Assembly (NCBI GenBank): GCA_003567005.1
Contig: PXBF01000068.1
Location: 12,392-76,391, forward strand
DNA from: PVC group bacterium
GTDB lineage: Bacteria > Verrucomicrobiota > Kiritimatiellia > UBA8416
DNA length: 64,000 nucleotides
Direction: 5' to 3'
Below, in pieces: positions 61,901 to 64,000 of the stretch. The notes beneath the pieces were generated by a model, which was not told where the DNA came from, did no database searches, and was given only the letters and a program-made list of their open reading frames with translations. How positions within the stretch are numbered: the stretch's first letter is position 1; the number at the start of each line of letters is the position of its first letter. A program made the translations under genes and the position numbers.

Positions 61901-62386
61901 AGCACTCTTGATGGGCATCCTGTGCTCGTTAAACACCCAGCGTCCCGCTTCATCCAGCAAAGGATTTTCATCATAATCTAACACAGCTTGACGTGCTACG
62001 AGTTCGCCGGCAAAACGAAAACCTACCGCTTCCTCCACATCCGCATCTACACGGACAATCAGTCGGCTCGTATCGCGAAGTGGTTCGCGTTCAATATAGC
62101 GGCCATTTTCTATCTGCCCGATGCGCCGATCTGGAACACGATACGCAACCGAATAACGTGTGTATCCAACAAGAACAGCCAAAACCACAAGAACATACCA
62201 TAACGTGAGATTCCACAGATTGCCTTTGGAACGCCAACCCAACCAGATGGCCAAGACAAGAGTGACACCCAGACCTGTCAGAATCCAATAGCGCGTTGCA
62301 TGCGATAGCACCTCAACCGGAAGAAGCATGGCTAGGATAAGCCCGCCAATAAACAAGTAACAGGTAGTGATCAGCTTAGTGTTCAT
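58997..62386 (-). CDS. comEC: ComEC/Rec2 DNA-uptake channel, elongated, with degenerate MBL domain
   Basis: OB/DUF4131-like (YGADIVIRGEL..GGFD), competence domain SGVNHVLAVSGLHV, PSTLRA, FTLSF, ANLIAIP; MBL-like tail ending WSTDRDQAI. Confidence 0.92.
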   Translation of the reverse strand: MNTKLITTCYLFIGGLILAMLLPVEVLSHATRYWILTGLGVTLVLAIWLGWRSKGNLWNLTLWYVLVVLAVLVGYTRYSVAYRVPDRRIGQIENGRYIEREPLRDTSRLIVRVDADVEEAVGFRFAGELVARQAVLDYDENPLLDEAGRWVFNEHRMPIKSATVDIPAHTPAGATFRVDQPFSRIDDVLWDVGDADLPLTVFRLSNHIGSFVRPARGQSDVTVLGRIAQDPNVYDFKSVLTVEPAYIQYPAGGPYYRVEGGDIQVTVHPNLENFTRLAQTEAYGADIVIRGELTVARGPSVEGGFDARRFMQNHNIYAVMRPYARPREPSPVSLLAPTGQPQRSGNPLVAFSLGLRDRMLGIFKATMPYPQSAFLGGVTLGLRYGLHGVMFPGEGPGWMQRFGLAPSEAQIVSDFRASGVNHVLAVSGLHVTILTVMFVAIFSLIKFPRQVFVPVVIGVLVIFAIITGARPSTLRAVIMNSLFLLTWAYLDKGLRSSVLTGVPIAAALILVHNPLVVVDPSFTLSFGAILSLALLTGPIYAQLCRLRGNCFASVILCTVLTTLFAAIRWALVTTAQFWIPWSMFWGLVFWVARACDRTGIGIDSRFRFTRIPESIGTFMAAQIAIQIGMMIPLSAYYFNQWPFGGMYANLIAIPLIGVVVQLGVLAGLLGLIPGLGPLLALFLNAANWLAASLFLWLAYVFARVFPHPFVPRPSGYALLFYYGVLALLVWPDPVQRYGSRLLGKLGVSWKGPKRWIPYGIAMVGFLLLLVRGGTPWRSDSSDPLEVTVLPVGYGSAIHVQSPGGAHYLIDSGFVEYERGRRNEAMRTILPTFSHQRIGKLDMFIASSPRPERAGGLSYILMHQRIKSLILPFERSEITSIDRENHSHPRADDIFSVWAGDPQWPQRPSVLERLHKREGTWFNRWASWNLMATPVEEPTVLVEEEHDGGIFRIEVVSVLPEQGPWYTRSMQVRILYGAFSMLLPGAMELEAQRDFAMSADPAHIRANILVAPYQAAAPFPPTVQGNVQRMRSVLQDSTGVLLAAVEPEDIILEFGNPRPVLGREGRDALDRFGVTRRFYIDYGVRVWSTDRDQAIYITSDGATYQIDTQAQRNRTQGGLDETVSDVAIGL

Positions 62387-62576
62387 CCCCGCCTTCCTCC
62401 CAACCGGTTTCCGGATAATAGGCCCGATTGGATTCCCAAATGGGCCCTGCCGTTATGTCCCCGGATGCCCAAGCCCGAACAGTACCACGGTAATCAGGAT
62501 GCAAGAATAGAACCACACCACCAATCACGAGCGCCCCAGCAAGAATATATAGTAAAAGGCGTACACCGCGCTCCAT
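62376..62576 (-). CDS. Small single-TM protein
   Basis: 66 aa, one TM; overlaps comEC start by 11 bp. Confidence 0.6.
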   Translation of the reverse strand: MERGVRLLLYILAGALVIGGVVLFLHPDYRGTVRAWASGDITAGPIWESNRAYYPETGWEEGGDEH

Positions 62577-62579
62577 ACA

Positions 62580-62789
62580 TCATCCCTTTCGACCCGGCTC
62601 TTCCGGATCCTTCACACGTAATAGCGTAATAAAAATAAAAGCAAAGGGTACAAATGGAAAAAAATACAGAATACCTTCACGCGTATGAAAAACCCGCACA
62701 GACCCAGATGCCAACCAGAGTAAATAGAGCAACATTCCCACAGCATTACAAATCAGAATACAGGTCCGGATGATATCACGCTCCATCAT
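62580..62789 (-). CDS. Small two-TM protein
   Basis: 69 aa; GGAG RBS; ATGA overlap with NERD gene. Confidence 0.6.
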   Translation of the reverse strand: MMERDIIRTCILICNAVGMLLYLLWLASGSVRVFHTREGILYFFPFVPFAFIFITLLRVKDPEEPGRKG

Positions 62790-63541
62790 GACATCTCCAG
62801 AAACATATGTAAAACAGCATCAACGGTATCCTCCGATAAAGCAGCCGGTAAACGGTGTGTCGCAATAAAACGCGCTGCAGAATCTGGCTGCAAGATAGGA
62901 ACAGGCGCATCCGCTATGCTCACTTTCGTGTGTGGCGATCGAAAGACAATAAGAGGAATAACCGAAGCAGATGACAGACCGACATTTCGTAACATACCCC
63001 CCAGAATCTGACTACTACGCTGCACTTGCCGGATGGGATTCGGTACCCGCAACGGTTTGCTCCCACGTGTCTTTTCTTGCTCCCAATAGGGCTGATCGGC
63101 TACACCGGAAATCTGTCCCCGCCAGTTTTTTGTCTCAATCACAAAAATCCCATTGGGAGAGACAACGACATGGTCAAGTTGTGCGCGCTGCAAGCCACTC
63201 CGCACAATTTGATCATTGAAAATGTAGTGCGTGTTATCCAACGCGCGATCCAATGTGCGCGTAACGGTTGCTTCTCCCTGCAAACCGGCCTGAACATTGC
63301 CTGCCTCCTGTAGATTTTGCTGGATCCGCAAGCGGTGTGCATAACCAGCAACCAGCCCGATTACGCCAAGAATGAAAATACCGGGCGCACCAGCCACCAG
63401 CCAGCGCACCGCCCCCATCACAGTAACAAGAGCAGCAAGACCGAATTCAATGGGAACCCAGCGTTGCAAGGCGCGCGACTCCTGCAACATACGCTTATGT
63501 TTACGCGATAACGAGGTCTCTTCTGTAAGGATGCGCGCCAT
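62786..63541 (-). CDS. Membrane-anchored NERD-domain nuclease
   Basis: Two N-terminal TMs; GLQGE, QLDHVVVSPNGIFVIETKNWRG, NPIRQ. Confidence 0.9.
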   Translation of the reverse strand: MARILTEETSLSRKHKRMLQESRALQRWVPIEFGLAALVTVMGAVRWLVAGAPGIFILGVIGLVAGYAHRLRIQQNLQEAGNVQAGLQGEATVTRTLDRALDNTHYIFNDQIVRSGLQRAQLDHVVVSPNGIFVIETKNWRGQISGVADQPYWEQEKTRGSKPLRVPNPIRQVQRSSQILGGMLRNVGLSSASVIPLIVFRSPHTKVSIADAPVPILQPDSAARFIATHRLPAALSEDTVDAVLHMFLEMS

Positions 63542-63543
63542 AT

Positions 63544-64000
63544 TTATCCCTCGGCATTCTCGGTACGCCCCAGATGCTCAACGACCTCAGCACGTGCGGC
63601 GCGCCGCAGACGCTCTGCAATACGGATCAAAACCCGATCTCCAACCTGCGTATCGGGCACAAATACAACGAGCCCATTAATGCGGGCAACCCCATCGTTT
63701 TGCGGATTACGGCGATCCCGTTCCACAATGGTAACGATGTATTCATCACCTACCGCAACGGTTTGTCCGGATCGCTCAGATGAAGCCGTTTCCCGCTCCG
63801 CTCGTGATGCTGGATCCGCACGGTCCAGCCAATCAACAACCACACCATCTGCCGCGCTACGCCGCAAACGCGTGATCTCAATAACAACCTCGTCTCCCAC
63901 AACCGTATCCGGCACAAAAACGATGAGACCATTGATGCGCGCGATACCGGCAACACCATCTCGTGATTGATCCCCAATGCGAACGCGATACCGACCGCCG
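63544..64000 (-). CDS. Tandem TRAM-domain protein (5' end outside window)
   Basis: Frame stays open to the edge; two repeats GIARINGLIVFVPDTVVGDEVVIEI and GVARINGLVVFVPDTQVGDRVLIRI. Confidence 0.85.
   Translation of the reverse strand, partial: GGRYRVRIGDQSRDGVAGIARINGLIVFVPDTVVGDEVVIEITRLRRSAADGVVVDWLDRADPASRAERETASSERSGQTVAVGDEYIVTIVERDRRNPQNDGVARINGLVVFVPDTQVGDRVLIRIAERLRRAARAEVVEHLGRTENAEG

Noticed and set aside
62786..63541. NERD or PLD genes as anti-phage defence system
   Set aside because: No helicase, ATPase, methylase or other defence genes nearby; both have membrane/export signals and non-island context.
1..64000. CRISPR arrays, tRNA/rRNA, transposases, prophage genes
   Set aside because: No regularly spaced repeats, RNA-gene signatures or such ORFs recognised by eye; covariance-model searches not run.

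Overview
Bacterial chromosomal window (roughly 50% GC by eye, diderm: TonB-dependent receptor and an outer-membrane beta-barrel). DUF6288-like, DUF6785-like and SHD1-containing proteins suggest a PVC-superphylum organism such as Kiritimatiellota/Lentisphaerota (inference). Contents: exported hypothetical proteins (0-3 kb); a cytoplasmic sulfatase/oxidoreductase/GH2 sugar-catabolism block with DUF6785- and DUF6288-like genes (3-14 kb); a hybrid histidine kinase; a surface-glycan locus with two GT-C-like membrane proteins, two GT4s, deacetylase, flippase, epimerase and methyltransferase (16-30 kb); transport and housekeeping genes (FecA-like receptor with a palindromic operator, aminotransferase, queG, pdxH, xseAB, ECF sigma/anti-sigma, two YeeE/YedE genes); and a tightly coupled minus-strand operon, multi-TRAM protein - membrane NERD nuclease - two small membrane proteins - ComEC, whose ComEC nuclease domain lacks its metal ligands. 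Non-coding highlights: two copies of a rod-shaped MITE-like element (16-bp perfect TIRs, 4-bp CTAA/TTAG duplications, G-U-rich stem) and a REP doublet interrupted by a second hairpin element. No rRNA, tRNA, CRISPR array or transposase seen. All family assignments are by motif recognition, not database search.
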